Shown: positions 27,948-38,114, counted from the first letter of the stretch. The stretch: DNA of 64,000 bases from Candidatus Latescibacterota bacterium (GCA_965208835.1 OZ242358.1:3520001-3584000); one strand, 5' to 3'. Notes: generated from the letters alone by a model not told the origin. Numbers and translations are program-made.

Positions 27948-29314
27948 ACGTGGTCTTCATAGTACTCGACAGCTTTCGACAGGATCACGTGAGCCTGTAC
28001 AACGGCGGCGTCGCACCCTTTTCCGGTATCGACCCGTGCAGGACGCCGAATATCGATGCGTTTTCCGAGGAGGCAGTGGTCTTCGACAACGCCTATCCGG
28101 AAGCCCTGCCGACCATTCCCATCCGCTGTCAGCTGATGACCGGCCAGCGCACGCTGCACAGCCGCGGCTGGCAGCCCCTCACCGCGGAAGACGTACACGT
28201 CGCCCAGATCCTCTCTGAAGAGGGATATGTCTGCGGGCTCGTCACGGATACCTACCACTTTCGCGCTCCCGGAATGAACTACCACCGGAACTTCGCCTCG
28301 TACGACTGGATCCGCGGCCAGGAATACGATCCCTGGATCAGTGCGCCAACCCGGCGCAATATCGAAGAATACGTCAACGGCAATTTTCCCGAGACCTGGC
28401 GCAGGCGCATTTCGCAATTCCTGGCCAATACCGACGGCTTCCACTCGAAGGAAGACGAATTTGCGTGGAAGGTGGTCGACAGCGCCATAGACTGGCTGGA
28501 ATCGAACCGGGCGCACGAAAACGTCATGCTCTGGGTGGATTCGTTCGACCCTCACGAACCGTGGAATCCCGTTCCGGAATTCGACAGCTACACCGATCCC
28601 GGGTACCGGGGTCCGCGCCTCATCATGCCGATGGGCGGATTGTCGGAAGACTGGGCTTCATCGGACGAGATCTCCCATGTCCAGGGTCTCTACGCGGGGG
28701 AATGCGCCTTTGTGGACCACTGCCTCGGCCGGTTGTTCGATGCCCTCGGAAACCTGGGATATTACGACGACAGCGTTATCTTTCTGCTGGCCGACCACGG
28801 ACATCCCCTGAATGACCACGGAAAATTCCTGAAGGGCGCGGACCGGATGTACAATGAGCTGCTCAAGGTACCGTTCATGGTCAGACTGCCGGGAGGGAAA
28901 CACGGCGGTCGCCGGACGTCAGCGATCGTCCAGTACCAGGACGTGCTGCCCACCCTCCTCGACGCGCTCGACCTGGAAGGCAACGCCGATGCAATGGCGG
29001 GCCGGAGCTTCATGTCCGTGCTCACCGGAGATTCGGACGAACACCGGCGGACGATGATCACCGGTTACCACGGCGGAATCGACCGATGTACCCGTGACAA
29101 CACCTGGAGTTACATCCAGCGCCCCGAGGGCGAACCCGACGAACTGTACCACCTTACGGACGACCCGAAGGAAAAAAGCAACCTCATCGACGATCACCCC
29201 GACGAGGCGGTGCGCCTGGCCGGCGCGTTCGGCAAAGTGTTCAAGCGCCGGTTTTCGAATACGGTTAAAGGCGTCCAGGGGGAATACGAAATGGCATCGT
29301 CGAGCATCGACTGA
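27944..29314 (+). CDS. Sulfatase-like hydrolase, Thr at the nucleophile position
   Basis: LDSFRQDH, PTIPIRCQLMTG, FDPHEPW, ADHGH, ELYHLTDDPKE. Confidence 0.9.
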   Translation: MNVVFIVLDSFRQDHVSLYNGGVAPFSGIDPCRTPNIDAFSEEAVVFDNAYPEALPTIPIRCQLMTGQRTLHSRGWQPLTAEDVHVAQILSEEGYVCGLVTDTYHFRAPGMNYHRNFASYDWIRGQEYDPWISAPTRRNIEEYVNGNFPETWRRRISQFLANTDGFHSKEDEFAWKVVDSAIDWLESNRAHENVMLWVDSFDPHEPWNPVPEFDSYTDPGYRGPRLIMPMGGLSEDWASSDEISHVQGLYAGECAFVDHCLGRLFDALGNLGYYDDSVIFLLADHGHPLNDHGKFLKGADRMYNELLKVPFMVRLPGGKHGGRRTSAIVQYQDVLPTLLDALDLEGNADAMAGRSFMSVLTGDSDEHRRTMITGYHGGIDRCTRDNTWSYIQRPEGEPDELYHLTDDPKEKSNLIDDHPDEAVRLAGAFGKVFKRRFSNTVKGVQGEYEMASSSID

Positions 29315-29356
29315 ACCGGCACTATACTGAGCACCCCACTCATACGAGGAGACCCC

Positions 29357-30097
29357 GTGGAAAATCCCGTCAAAGCGAAACTCCTCAGGGGCGAACTGTC
29401 CCTGGGAGGCTGGCTGAACCTGGGTTCGCCGCTCGCCGCGGAAGTCATGGCAGCCGCAGGATACGAGTGGCTGGCGATAGACGCCGAACACTCGCCGTTC
29501 GACATCCCGCTCATCGCGGACACGTTCCGCGCAATCGAGGCCCGGGGCGCCGTGCCCTTCGTCCGTGCGTGGGACCACGATCCTGTTTCGCTTGCGCGCA
29601 TCCTGGACGCGGGCGCCTACGGCATCATCGTACCGCACGTGAGTACACCACGGCAGGCAGAAGCCCTTGTGCAGGCCATGCGCTATCCTCCCGAGGGCGC
29701 CCGTTCAGCCGGAACGGGAAGGGTCGCCGTGTACGGCGACGAATATCGCCGGTGCGCCAACGACGCGGTGATGATCGTGCCGCAGATTGAAGATATGGAA
29801 GGGATCAACAACACCGAAGCCATCATGTCGGTCGAGGGAATCGACGTCGGTTTCCTCGGGCCCGGCGACCTGGCCCTTTCAATGGGCGTGAACCGGGGCC
29901 ATCCGGACCACGAGGCCGCCATTCAGACGTTCGTCTCCGGATGCAAAAAAGCCGGCAAGCCCTATGGGATGCCGGAACGCGAGCTGGAGATCGTCCGGAA
30001 ACGCATACGCGAGGGATTTACGTTCATGGACATCGCCAGCGATCTGCGCACCCTCGAAGCAGCCGTACAGGATGCGCTGGCCGAGGCCGGGACCTGA
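29357..30097 (+). CDS. HpcH/HpaI class II pyruvate aldolase
   Basis: IDAEHS, FVR, LDAGAYGIIVP, RYPPEG.R, QIED, GPGDL. Confidence 0.92.
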   Translation: MENPVKAKLLRGELSLGGWLNLGSPLAAEVMAAAGYEWLAIDAEHSPFDIPLIADTFRAIEARGAVPFVRAWDHDPVSLARILDAGAYGIIVPHVSTPRQAEALVQAMRYPPEGARSAGTGRVAVYGDEYRRCANDAVMIVPQIEDMEGINNTEAIMSVEGIDVGFLGPGDLALSMGVNRGHPDHEAAIQTFVSGCKKAGKPYGMPERELEIVRKRIREGFTFMDIASDLRTLEAAVQDALAEAGT

Positions 30098-30188
30098 AAA
30101 ACCAGGCGGTGCAGCCGGCACGCCTGTTTTCGTCGCGTCAAATTGTCACGTACCGGGACGTGGCGCGGTGTCCTTGGTGGGGGTCGCA

Positions 30189-30863
30189 ATGGAATCGCCG
30201 GAAAGTGTACCCTCGAACAAGCTGAAGACCTGGCTCTTCAACCCGTTCTACTACATCGCGGGCGGAGTCGCCCTCGGCGTCGGGCTGGCCGTCATGGTGA
30301 TCGCCAGCCTCGTCGGCGCGGCTACGAATTACCACTTCGACGGTGTCATCGACCTCCATTCGGGTACGCCCGCCCCGGCGTGGGTCTTTGTCGCTGAAAA
30401 CCTGATCAACTGGCTTGTGATGGGCGTTCTGGTCTATCTCGCGGGCCGGCTGATTTCCCGGAGCCGGATCCGCCTGCTGGATGTGTTCGGCACGCAGGCA
30501 CTGGCGCGCGCGCCGATGGCGATCACCCTATTCTGCGTGCTCCTCCCCGGTTTCAGGCGCGTTACAGACCACCTGGCCGGACAGCTGATGCAAGGTTCGA
30601 CCCGGTTCGAGTCCGGCACCTCAGGGCGCGATCTCATCTCCTTCTCACAGGTTGAAGCACTCGACCTGGCCGTTTTCGTCCTGGCGGTCGTTCTGGCGCT
30701 GCTTCTGCTCGTCTGGACGGTGTTGCTGATGTACCGCGCTTTCGCCGTCGCCTGCAACGTGGGCGGGGGCAGAGCCATCGGCGTATTCACGGTCGTCATC
30801 CTGCTTGGCGAGGTCCTTTCCAAAGTGTCTATCGGCGCGCTCCTCGCGGCAATCCAGGTTTAG
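30189..30863 (+). CDS. Multi-pass membrane protein (YIP1-like)
   Basis: About five hydrophobic helices; LFNPFYYIAG, HFDGVIDLH and DVFGTQALAR motifs. Confidence 0.75.
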   Translation: MESPESVPSNKLKTWLFNPFYYIAGGVALGVGLAVMVIASLVGAATNYHFDGVIDLHSGTPAPAWVFVAENLINWLVMGVLVYLAGRLISRSRIRLLDVFGTQALARAPMAITLFCVLLPGFRRVTDHLAGQLMQGSTRFESGTSGRDLISFSQVEALDLAVFVLAVVLALLLLVWTVLLMYRAFAVACNVGGGRAIGVFTVVILLGEVLSKVSIGALLAAIQV

Positions 30864-31002
30864 TCCCGGAATACCAAAACTCGCCGGCCCGAAGTACCGG
30901 ACCGGCGAGCCCAAACCGCCATCAGTCTGTCAGACACGGATGGACCGCGCCCTGCCCGCAGGCCATCGTGAAAAACTGAATTCGGAATCCACGCACGATC
31001 GA

Positions 31003-32211
31003 TCAGGCCAGATTCCCCTCCGCGCGACTCTTCGAGCCTGTCACCACTACCGGCTCCTTCATGCCTACGCACATATTGCCGCCTATCAGATTGAAATCGC
31101 TGGACCCGCTCTCCACGATGCCGCAGGTCTGCGTGGGAGCCGTCTGATCGTCGGCGCAACGGTTGCCCCGGACAATCGTCCGATCAAGGTCGTGCAGCCT
31201 GATCCCGGGCCATCGTCCCGGCGCTTCCTGCGAATTGCTCAACAGCAGGTTGCCGGAAAGCATGTGCTCCTCTCCCCTGCTGGCGTCGATTCCGCAACGT
31301 CCGTTGTACGCGCAGACATTATCGCTGACGATATTGTGGTGATCGCCTCCGTTCGCGACCCCGCCGATTCCGTGCTGACCGTTACGTGAGAACACGCTGT
31401 CGCTGCAAACCGTATGGTGTACCTTGGCGCAGAAGAAAAACCCGTCGCCGCCGTTGCCTTCGGCGATATTGTGGGACCAGATACTTGCGCGCAGGGCCGT
31501 GCCGGGGTGAAATCCGTGACCTCTGCACCCGTGCGCCTGGCATTGCACCACCTGGACGTCGCTGCCTCTTTGAATGCCGATACCGTCGCTTGGCCAGTCC
31601 GACACCGTGCAATTCACCACCCTCACCCGCCGGCATCCGACCAGATGGACCGCCGCGTACGTGAAATCCCACCAGGGTCCCCGGTAGTCTTCCGGACCCC
31701 GTATGGTTAGCCCCTGAATCTCGATATCGACCACATCCCGCGCGTGAATCGCCGGAAAAAGACGCACGGCGCGCGCGTTGTCAGCCACCTTCAAGTCCCG
31801 TTCCATCGGTACGTCGATCCGGACGCGAGTGCCGCTTCGCTCCCGTACGACACCGTGGGTACCGTGCCAACCGGTCTGACGATCGTCGCACAACCCGACC
31901 GCGTCGCCCGCCTGGAACGGCGGACGTGCAAGGCATTCGAACTCGTACTCGCCGTGATGCGCGTCCTTTTCCAGGGCGACCGATTCCGGCGGCCCTATCG
32001 CCAGGACGGTTGCAGGCCCGTCGCCAACCAGACTCACGCATCCGGGAAGACAGACTGGCTGCCGCAACGGGTAGGTTCCGGCCGGCGCGCGGACCCGTCC
32101 TCCGTCCGGAGACAGAGAAGCGATCGCCTCGCCGATCCCGCATGTCGGTGATGACCGGTCGTAGAAGTCAGCGACATTGACTTCGGCCCGTGGTCCCGAT
32201 GACTCCGCCAT
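31003..32211 (-). CDS. Right-handed parallel beta-helix (pectate lyase-like) protein, no obvious signal peptide
   Basis: GIGEAIA...GGRV..PAGTY, LVGDG, repeated N-x-x-x-x-N-G-x-x-G-I rungs. Confidence 0.85.
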   Translation of the reverse strand: MAESSGPRAEVNVADFYDRSSPTCGIGEAIASLSPDGGRVRAPAGTYPLRQPVCLPGCVSLVGDGPATVLAIGPPESVALEKDAHHGEYEFECLARPPFQAGDAVGLCDDRQTGWHGTHGVVRERSGTRVRIDVPMERDLKVADNARAVRLFPAIHARDVVDIEIQGLTIRGPEDYRGPWWDFTYAAVHLVGCRRVRVVNCTVSDWPSDGIGIQRGSDVQVVQCQAHGCRGHGFHPGTALRASIWSHNIAEGNGGDGFFFCAKVHHTVCSDSVFSRNGQHGIGGVANGGDHHNIVSDNVCAYNGRCGIDASRGEEHMLSGNLLLSNSQEAPGRWPGIRLHDLDRTIVRGNRCADDQTAPTQTCGIVESGSSDFNLIGGNMCVGMKEPVVVTGSKSRAEGNLA

Positions 32212-32273
32212 GATCGTGTGCCCTGCGCGAAATACGACACCTGAAACTGATGTCCCGCACCGCGATTCAGCTC

Positions 32274-33002
32274 TCAGACCCCCGGCGGTTCCAGGATGAC
32301 CGTCACGCCCAAATCCAGGTAGATCGACCGTTGCTCGGCCGCGGCGATCCGGTGACACACGGCCACACCGGTACCCTCGAGAGACCTTGCCACGTAGGCC
32401 ACGGCGTCATCGACCGACTTCAGGGCGTGATTGGGATGTGACCTCAGGTTGAACGTGAGGTCGGTGGGGCCGAACGAAAGGCAATCCACCCCGGGCCTGG
32501 CCAGAAAATGCGCCCGGGTCGCGGCCTCTACCGACTCGATCTGCAGCCACAGCACCCCGTATGCGTTCCACCAGTCCGCGTATTCGAAGGGATCGGAGAT
32601 CGTGGACGCCCCGCGCCGCGAACGTCCGCCGATACTCCGGATCCCCGCCTGCGGATAGTAGAATGCGTCCACGGCCTCGATTGCCGTCTCATCCGTCTCC
32701 GTCTGGGGCACCTCGACGCCACACGGCCCAAGGTCCAGGTAATTTCCGATCAGGTACGCGTTCCTCGTGTGTTTGATGCGAAACTGGACAAATACGTCCA
32801 ATTCCTCAGCGATGCCGCAGAATTCCTCCAACCGCTCCTCATTGAACGCGGAGTGCTGGCTGTCGGCAGACACGAAATCGTACGGACCGCTGTCCATCAC
32901 CTGCAGGAAACGCTCCCGCGTCGCATCCAGCGGCAGCGTCGTACCCACAATCTGTTCTCCACTGCGTATCCGTTTCTTCAGACCAATGGCGTTTTCGAAC
33001 AT
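32274..33002 (-). CDS. Divergent HpcH/HpaI aldolase family protein
   Basis: DSQHS, LDLGPCGVEVP, YYPQAGIRS, LQIES, FGPTDL. Confidence 0.85.
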   Translation of the reverse strand: MFENAIGLKKRIRSGEQIVGTTLPLDATRERFLQVMDSGPYDFVSADSQHSAFNEERLEEFCGIAEELDVFVQFRIKHTRNAYLIGNYLDLGPCGVEVPQTETDETAIEAVDAFYYPQAGIRSIGGRSRRGASTISDPFEYADWWNAYGVLWLQIESVEAATRAHFLARPGVDCLSFGPTDLTFNLRSHPNHALKSVDDAVAYVARSLEGTGVAVCHRIAAAEQRSIYLDLGVTVILEPPGV

Positions 33003-33068
33003 GAAGCCCTCCATGTGCGCCGGGAATCGCGCGTCATGTTTCGGAATCGGGAATCCGTGTATCGAATC

Positions 33069-34322
33069 TCACACCGCATTTCCGGTATTCAGCTCATCGG
33101 CGTGCGCTCTTACCTTCTCAAATGCCAGGCACACCTCCTTCATCCTCTCCTCGGTCGCCAGCAATGCCCGCTGCGACAGCCAGATCCGATCTGCACTCGC
33201 CGTTTCCACGTTGGGCAGATGAAGATTTCGATAGTCGGGCGCTTCATCCATCGTCGTCCATGCGTAGGGCCTGTACGCGCCGGCCTTCCAGTCGTTCTGA
33301 AACAGGGGATTCCGATAGACCGGCTCGGCGTAGCCTGGACTCGCCGGCACGCCTTCGGCTCTCAGCGCTCGCAGAAACCGGTCCCTCGACACCCCTTCGA
33401 ATGTTTCCGGCCGATATCTTGCGCTGTAGATGTGCCAGCTCGCACGAGTCGCTTCCGCCAACCGCCTCACCGGTTCAATTCCGTCGACCCGGGACAGCGT
33501 CCGACTCAGCATGGCCGCGTTCTGTTCGCGAATGTCCGTCTGTTGGCGGACCCTCTTCAGCTGGCACAGCAGAATCGCAGCCGTGAAGTCGGTCATGCGA
33601 TGGTTGCCTCCCCAGCGCATCTCCTCCGGCGCCCGATCGAAACGGGAACGGCCCGAGTTGATCACGCACCCCATCCGGTCGGCGACCTCTTCGTCGTTGG
33701 TCAACGCGATGCCACCCTCTCCGGAAGTGATATTCTTGCTCTGCTGAAAACTGAAGCCCGATGCCAGGCCCCAACTGCCCAGACCCTTTTCCATATACGC
33801 CGCCCCCCAGCCGTGACAGGCGTCTTCCAGCACGACCAGATCGTGTCGGTCCGCAATGGTCTGAATCCGCCTCATGTCGCATGCCAACCCGCCGAAATGC
33901 ACGACCATGATCGCCTTCGTTCGGGGGGTAATCGCGGCCTCGATCGCGTCCGGGTCGATATTGTCGGTATCCGGCGCGATGTCTGCGAACGTTACCGTCG
34001 CGCCCGCCGCCAGAATACCCATACACGTGCCGTGAAAGGTGAACGGACTGGTGATGACCTCGTCGCCGACGCCGATCTCAGCACCCCGGCAGGCAGCCTC
34101 GAGCGCATTGGTGCCCCCGCTGCATACCAGGCCGAACCCGGCATCCTGAAAGCGGGCGAACGTCTCCTCCAGTTCGCAGCACTTTGGACCGTAGTTCCAG
34201 TTCCTGCTGTGCAACACGTCCATCAGCAGAGACGCTTCGGCCCGGTCAAACCGCGGCCATGGATCCGCATCGTCCCGGGTGACCGCGGGCTCTCCACCAA
34301 ACAGTGCGAGTCGGCTGGACAT
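33069..34322 (-). CDS. DegT/DnrJ/EryC1/StrS PLP aminotransferase (AHBA synthase / aminocyclitol type)
   Basis: LALFGG, GVGDEVI, AIMVVHFGG, EDACH, SFQQSKNITSGEGG, NHRM. Confidence 0.93.
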   Translation of the reverse strand: MSSRLALFGGEPAVTRDDADPWPRFDRAEASLLMDVLHSRNWNYGPKCCELEETFARFQDAGFGLVCSGGTNALEAACRGAEIGVGDEVITSPFTFHGTCMGILAAGATVTFADIAPDTDNIDPDAIEAAITPRTKAIMVVHFGGLACDMRRIQTIADRHDLVVLEDACHGWGAAYMEKGLGSWGLASGFSFQQSKNITSGEGGIALTNDEEVADRMGCVINSGRSRFDRAPEEMRWGGNHRMTDFTAAILLCQLKRVRQQTDIREQNAAMLSRTLSRVDGIEPVRRLAEATRASWHIYSARYRPETFEGVSRDRFLRALRAEGVPASPGYAEPVYRNPLFQNDWKAGAYRPYAWTTMDEAPDYRNLHLPNVETASADRIWLSQRALLATEERMKEVCLAFEKVRAHADELNTGNAV

Positions 34323-34628
34323 CACAGGCCCTCAAAACAGGAAAATTCAGCGTTGCATTACGGGCAGGTCGGACATAATATTCAAGATAACCGAGGCCAT
34401 TTTCAATTCGAAAGAAAATAACCGTTAAATCGGCCTCAAAAGCCTGAATGCGGGTAGACGGTAGAGGTGAGACGGTAGAAGAAATCCTTGCCAGATGGGA
34501 TATTCCTCCTTGCCTTTGGCACGCGAAGAATCGTCGCAGGGCAGGTAATCTCTCCCGTCTCCCGGCTCCCCTCTCACTAGGTGGTGGGCCGGGGTGTGGT
34601 TAAACTTCATTGCAAACGGAGCGAATTC

Positions 34629-35252
34629 ATGAGAGTCAAAGTCAGCAACCGGACCACGCCGTACGTATTTCATTCGCCCCACGGGCAGGTGCTCTTCCGC
34701 ATGGAAGAAGCCGAGGTTTCACACGAGCGTTTTGACGGCCGAATGAGCCCAACGTCCGTACGTGTGAATTTCAGCAGAGGCGACAGCGTTGCGGTACTCC
34801 TGTACGCGGGGGACACCGATGAGATCGTACTGGTCGAACAGTTCCGCTATCCCGTATATGCGAGCCACCCGGAATCGGAGCGGGCGGGTCGCGGCTGGAT
34901 CCTGGAAACAGTCGCCGGCATTAAGGACGCCGGGGGACCCGACGTGGCCAGGCGCGAATTGCTGGAAGAAACGGGATACGCGCTCAGCGGCGCCCTGGAG
35001 CATCTCACTACCGCTTACGTCAGTCCCGGCGGAACGTCGGAACGCGTCGAACTCTATCTGGCCCACGTAAGTAAACTGGAAGGCGTCCGGAAGCACGCGG
35101 GGCTGGAAGCCGAAACGGAAGACATCCGTACGCACACCATCCCGTTTGCGGAGGCCCTTCGCATGGTGGCAGACGGACGGATTGTGGACTCGAAGACGAT
35201 TATCGCGCTCTACATGCTCAAAGAGCGGTTAGAGGGAAGACGGGAAACGTAA
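34629..35252 (+). CDS. NUDIX hydrolase (NudK / ADP-ribose pyrophosphatase-like)
   Basis: VEQFRYP, AG...RELLEETGY, SPGGTSE, EDI, DSKTII. Confidence 0.92.
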   Translation: MRVKVSNRTTPYVFHSPHGQVLFRMEEAEVSHERFDGRMSPTSVRVNFSRGDSVAVLLYAGDTDEIVLVEQFRYPVYASHPESERAGRGWILETVAGIKDAGGPDVARRELLEETGYALSGALEHLTTAYVSPGGTSERVELYLAHVSKLEGVRKHAGLEAETEDIRTHTIPFAEALRMVADGRIVDSKTIIALYMLKERLEGRRET

Positions 35253-35414
35253 GAAGCTGTCTTAAAATTCCCAGCGGTCTTCGCGCGGCTGCAAAAGCGC
35301 CGGGCGGCGTTGGTCAAACCCACCCGTATAGACAAATATGGGCGGGTCTTCCCGCCTTGACCGCCACTTTTTCGCTCACGCTCGGGAACTCACCGGTAAT
35401 TTTAAAACAGCTTC
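35253..35414. mobile_element. MITE family B (162 bp), at the NUDIX stop codon
   Basis: 17-bp terminal repeats gaagctgtcttaaaatt / aattttaaaacagcttc (16/17); TAA duplicated at 35250-35252 and 35415-35417. Confidence 0.85.
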
Positions 35415-35429
35415 TAAGCGGACCACCCA

Positions 35430-36857
35430 TCACAGCAACCGTCCCTTTCGCACCCGGCCGGCTTCGGGGTACCTGGCTGCCAGCCCTTCCACCGCACTAA
35501 CGAATCCCTCCGCCTGCGCCTCAGCCTGCCCCACGAAGCGCTCGCTCTCACCCAGAATCTCCTCGATCTCCTCCGACGAGAGCGGGACCCGGCTGTCATC
35601 TCCGAGCCGTTGTACCAGGTCGTTTTTCTCAAGGCCCTCTTCGCGCATCTCCAGCGCCACGGCCACCGCGTGCTCCTTCAGCGCGTCGTGGACCTGCTCG
35701 CGACCGGCACCGCGCTGTACGGAAGCCATCAACAGCGTGGTTGTGGCCAGGAACGGCATATACCTGGTCAGTTCATTCCGTATGACCGCCTCATAGACGC
35801 CCATTTCATCCAGCACGTGCAGCGCGGTCTCCAGCATACCGTCGAATGCGAATATGGCGTCGGGCAGCGCCACGCGGCGCACGACCGAGCAGGACACGTC
35901 GCCTTCGAACCACTGGTCGCCGACGAGCCCGCCGACCATATGAACGTAACCGCCGAGGAGCACCTGAAAGCCGTTGATCCGCTCGGCGCTTCGCGTATTC
36001 ATCTTGTGGGGCATGGCGGAAGACCCCACCTGGCCCTTCGCGAAGCCCTCCGTTGCGACTTCGGCGCCCGCCATCAATCGCAGCGTGCGCGAGAGATTGG
36101 CGATGCCCCCGCCCATCTGGTACAGACAGCTGATCACTTCGAAATCCAGTCCCCGCGGATAAACCTGCCCCACCGCGTTCAATTCGCGGCCAAACCCCAG
36201 GTACACCCGCACCTCCTCCTGCAAGGCTTCCAGTTTCTGATGATCACCGTGTACAAGTGTCAATTGGTCCAGCGACGTCCCAACCGCGCCTTTCAGCCCC
36301 CGAAGCGGGTAGTTCTCCACGAGATGCTCGAATCGCCTGAACGCGTGCAGCATCTCCTCGCCGAACATGGCAAACCGCTTGCCTACCGTCGTCGGCTGCG
36401 CCGCCGCGTGGTGCGTCCGGCCGACAATGGGCATCGCCTTCCATTCGTCTACCCGCCGGGCCATGCGAGACAGCAACGCCACGTACTTGGGGGCCAGGTA
36501 CCGCAAGGAGCGCAGCACCTGGAACTGTTCCACGTTGTCCGTCAGGTCACGGCTGGTCATGCCCTTGTGTATATGTTCGTACCCGGCCAGCTCGCAGAAC
36601 TCCTCGATGCGCGCCTTGACGTCGTGCCGTGTCTCGGCTTCCCTGCGCTGTATGGAGGACAGGTCCACTCGGTCCACAACGCCCTCATAAGCGCGAATCG
36701 CCTCCTCGGGCACATCCAGCCCCAGTTTACGCTGGGCCCTCATCACCGCGATCCAGAACCGCCTCTCCAGCACGATTCGACCTTCTTCGGACCAGATCGC
36801 CCTTACGTCCGAACCGGCGTACCGACCGGCCAGAACATTCGGTATATTCTCCGACAT
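35430..36857 (-). CDS. purB: Adenylosuccinate lyase
   Basis: RHDVKARIEEF, HKGMTSRD, GRTH, GSSAMPHKMN signature. Confidence 0.96.
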   Translation of the reverse strand: MSENIPNVLAGRYAGSDVRAIWSEEGRIVLERRFWIAVMRAQRKLGLDVPEEAIRAYEGVVDRVDLSSIQRREAETRHDVKARIEEFCELAGYEHIHKGMTSRDLTDNVEQFQVLRSLRYLAPKYVALLSRMARRVDEWKAMPIVGRTHHAAAQPTTVGKRFAMFGEEMLHAFRRFEHLVENYPLRGLKGAVGTSLDQLTLVHGDHQKLEALQEEVRVYLGFGRELNAVGQVYPRGLDFEVISCLYQMGGGIANLSRTLRLMAGAEVATEGFAKGQVGSSAMPHKMNTRSAERINGFQVLLGGYVHMVGGLVGDQWFEGDVSCSVVRRVALPDAIFAFDGMLETALHVLDEMGVYEAVIRNELTRYMPFLATTTLLMASVQRGAGREQVHDALKEHAVAVALEMREEGLEKNDLVQRLGDDSRVPLSSEEIEEILGESERFVGQAEAQAEGFVSAVEGLAARYPEAGRVRKGRLL

Positions 36858-36860
36858 CGA

Positions 36861-37928
36861 TTAACCTGCTTTCGGTTCCCGGTAAGTTTCGGCGTGAACC
36901 GGATGCGACGGCCCCGGATCCAGCAACTCATCGGCGTATGCGAACAGCGCCGGCGTTCCGCCGGTATGCACAAACACCACCGTCTGTCCGGGTTTCCACT
37001 GACCTTCCCGTATATGCTGCAACATCGCCCCGAAGGCCTTTCCGGTGTATACAGGATCCAGAATCAGCGCTTCCGTGCGCGCGGCCAGCACAACCGCTTC
37101 CCGGCTTGCGTCCGTCAATGTTCCGTATGCATCCCCCGCGTAGGCGCCGTAGCTCTCGAAGTCTTCTCCAATGAACGACAGGTCCAGCTGCAGCATCTCC
37201 GCCACCTTGTTCGCCACCCGGGCCAGATTCGCGGCATCCTCCTGGTCATCCTGGGGACTGGGACTGATCCCGACGACGCGCAGCGGAAGCCCCAGCGCGC
37301 GGGCGCCTACGACCAGCCCCACGTGCGTATGCACCCCCGAGCAGACGTAAAGCCCATCGGGGCGTATGCCTCGGTCCTGCAGCTGTTCCCCCAATTCCAG
37401 AAACCCGTCGACGTACGAGACGCTTCGCAGATAGTATCCGTCCGTGCTCGTATTGTAGACCCGCTGACCCTCCGCCTTCAGGCGCTCGATGACCTGCGTT
37501 TTCTCTTCCGGACGGTCTACGAGGTGGACCTCGGCGCCAAAGAGGTGATCCAGCAGCAGGTTTCCGTTCACCGGATGGGAATGCGCGTCCTTCCGTCCAA
37601 CCATGACGGCCTTCAGCCCGAACCGGGCCGCCATCGCCGCTGTGAGTCGGGACTGGTTGGACTGGGACGCGGCCCCGTGCAACAGAACGTCATAGCCCTC
37701 CCGGATCGCCGGCGCTACAGAATACTCGAACTCGCGGACCTTGTTGCCGCCGAAGGCCATGCCGGTCAGGTCCTCCCGTTTGACCAGGATGCGGGGTCCT
37801 CCCAGCTTTTTCGAGAGCCGGGGACAATCCAGGAGCGGTGTGGGCAGGTCTGCCAGCGAAAGACGCGAAAAACGCTCCAGGCGCTTCTTGAGCGCTTCGG
37901 CTGAAATGACCGGCTTCTCGGCCGCCAT
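36861..37928 (-). CDS. D-cysteine desulfhydrase / ACC deaminase family PLP enzyme
   Basis: PTPL, KREDLTG..FGGNKVR, QSNQ, LDPVYTGKA, FVHTGG. Confidence 0.92.
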   Translation of the reverse strand: MAAEKPVISAEALKKRLERFSRLSLADLPTPLLDCPRLSKKLGGPRILVKREDLTGMAFGGNKVREFEYSVAPAIREGYDVLLHGAASQSNQSRLTAAMAARFGLKAVMVGRKDAHSHPVNGNLLLDHLFGAEVHLVDRPEEKTQVIERLKAEGQRVYNTSTDGYYLRSVSYVDGFLELGEQLQDRGIRPDGLYVCSGVHTHVGLVVGARALGLPLRVVGISPSPQDDQEDAANLARVANKVAEMLQLDLSFIGEDFESYGAYAGDAYGTLTDASREAVVLAARTEALILDPVYTGKAFGAMLQHIREGQWKPGQTVVFVHTGGTPALFAYADELLDPGPSHPVHAETYREPKAG

Positions 37929-38114
37929 GCGAGTACCCTTCCTTCACTCGGTTTAACCCATGGATTCACGCGGTGTTGCCGTGCGCGAGGAAATATAGTT
38001 TTCCGGAATATCGGACGCAATGACTATCCCTGCACGGTCATTTAAAACCCCGCCAACGAAGCGTCAGCGGGGCCGAAATCCGTTACCGGGGGCGGCGGAT
38101 TTCATCGGCACACG

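Noticed and set aside
32508-34421. 637-aa ORF on the + strand
   Set aside because: Antisense to the aldolase and aminotransferase genes
35610-37904. 764-aa ORF on the + strand
   Set aside because: Antisense to purB and the D-cysteine desulfhydrase-like gene
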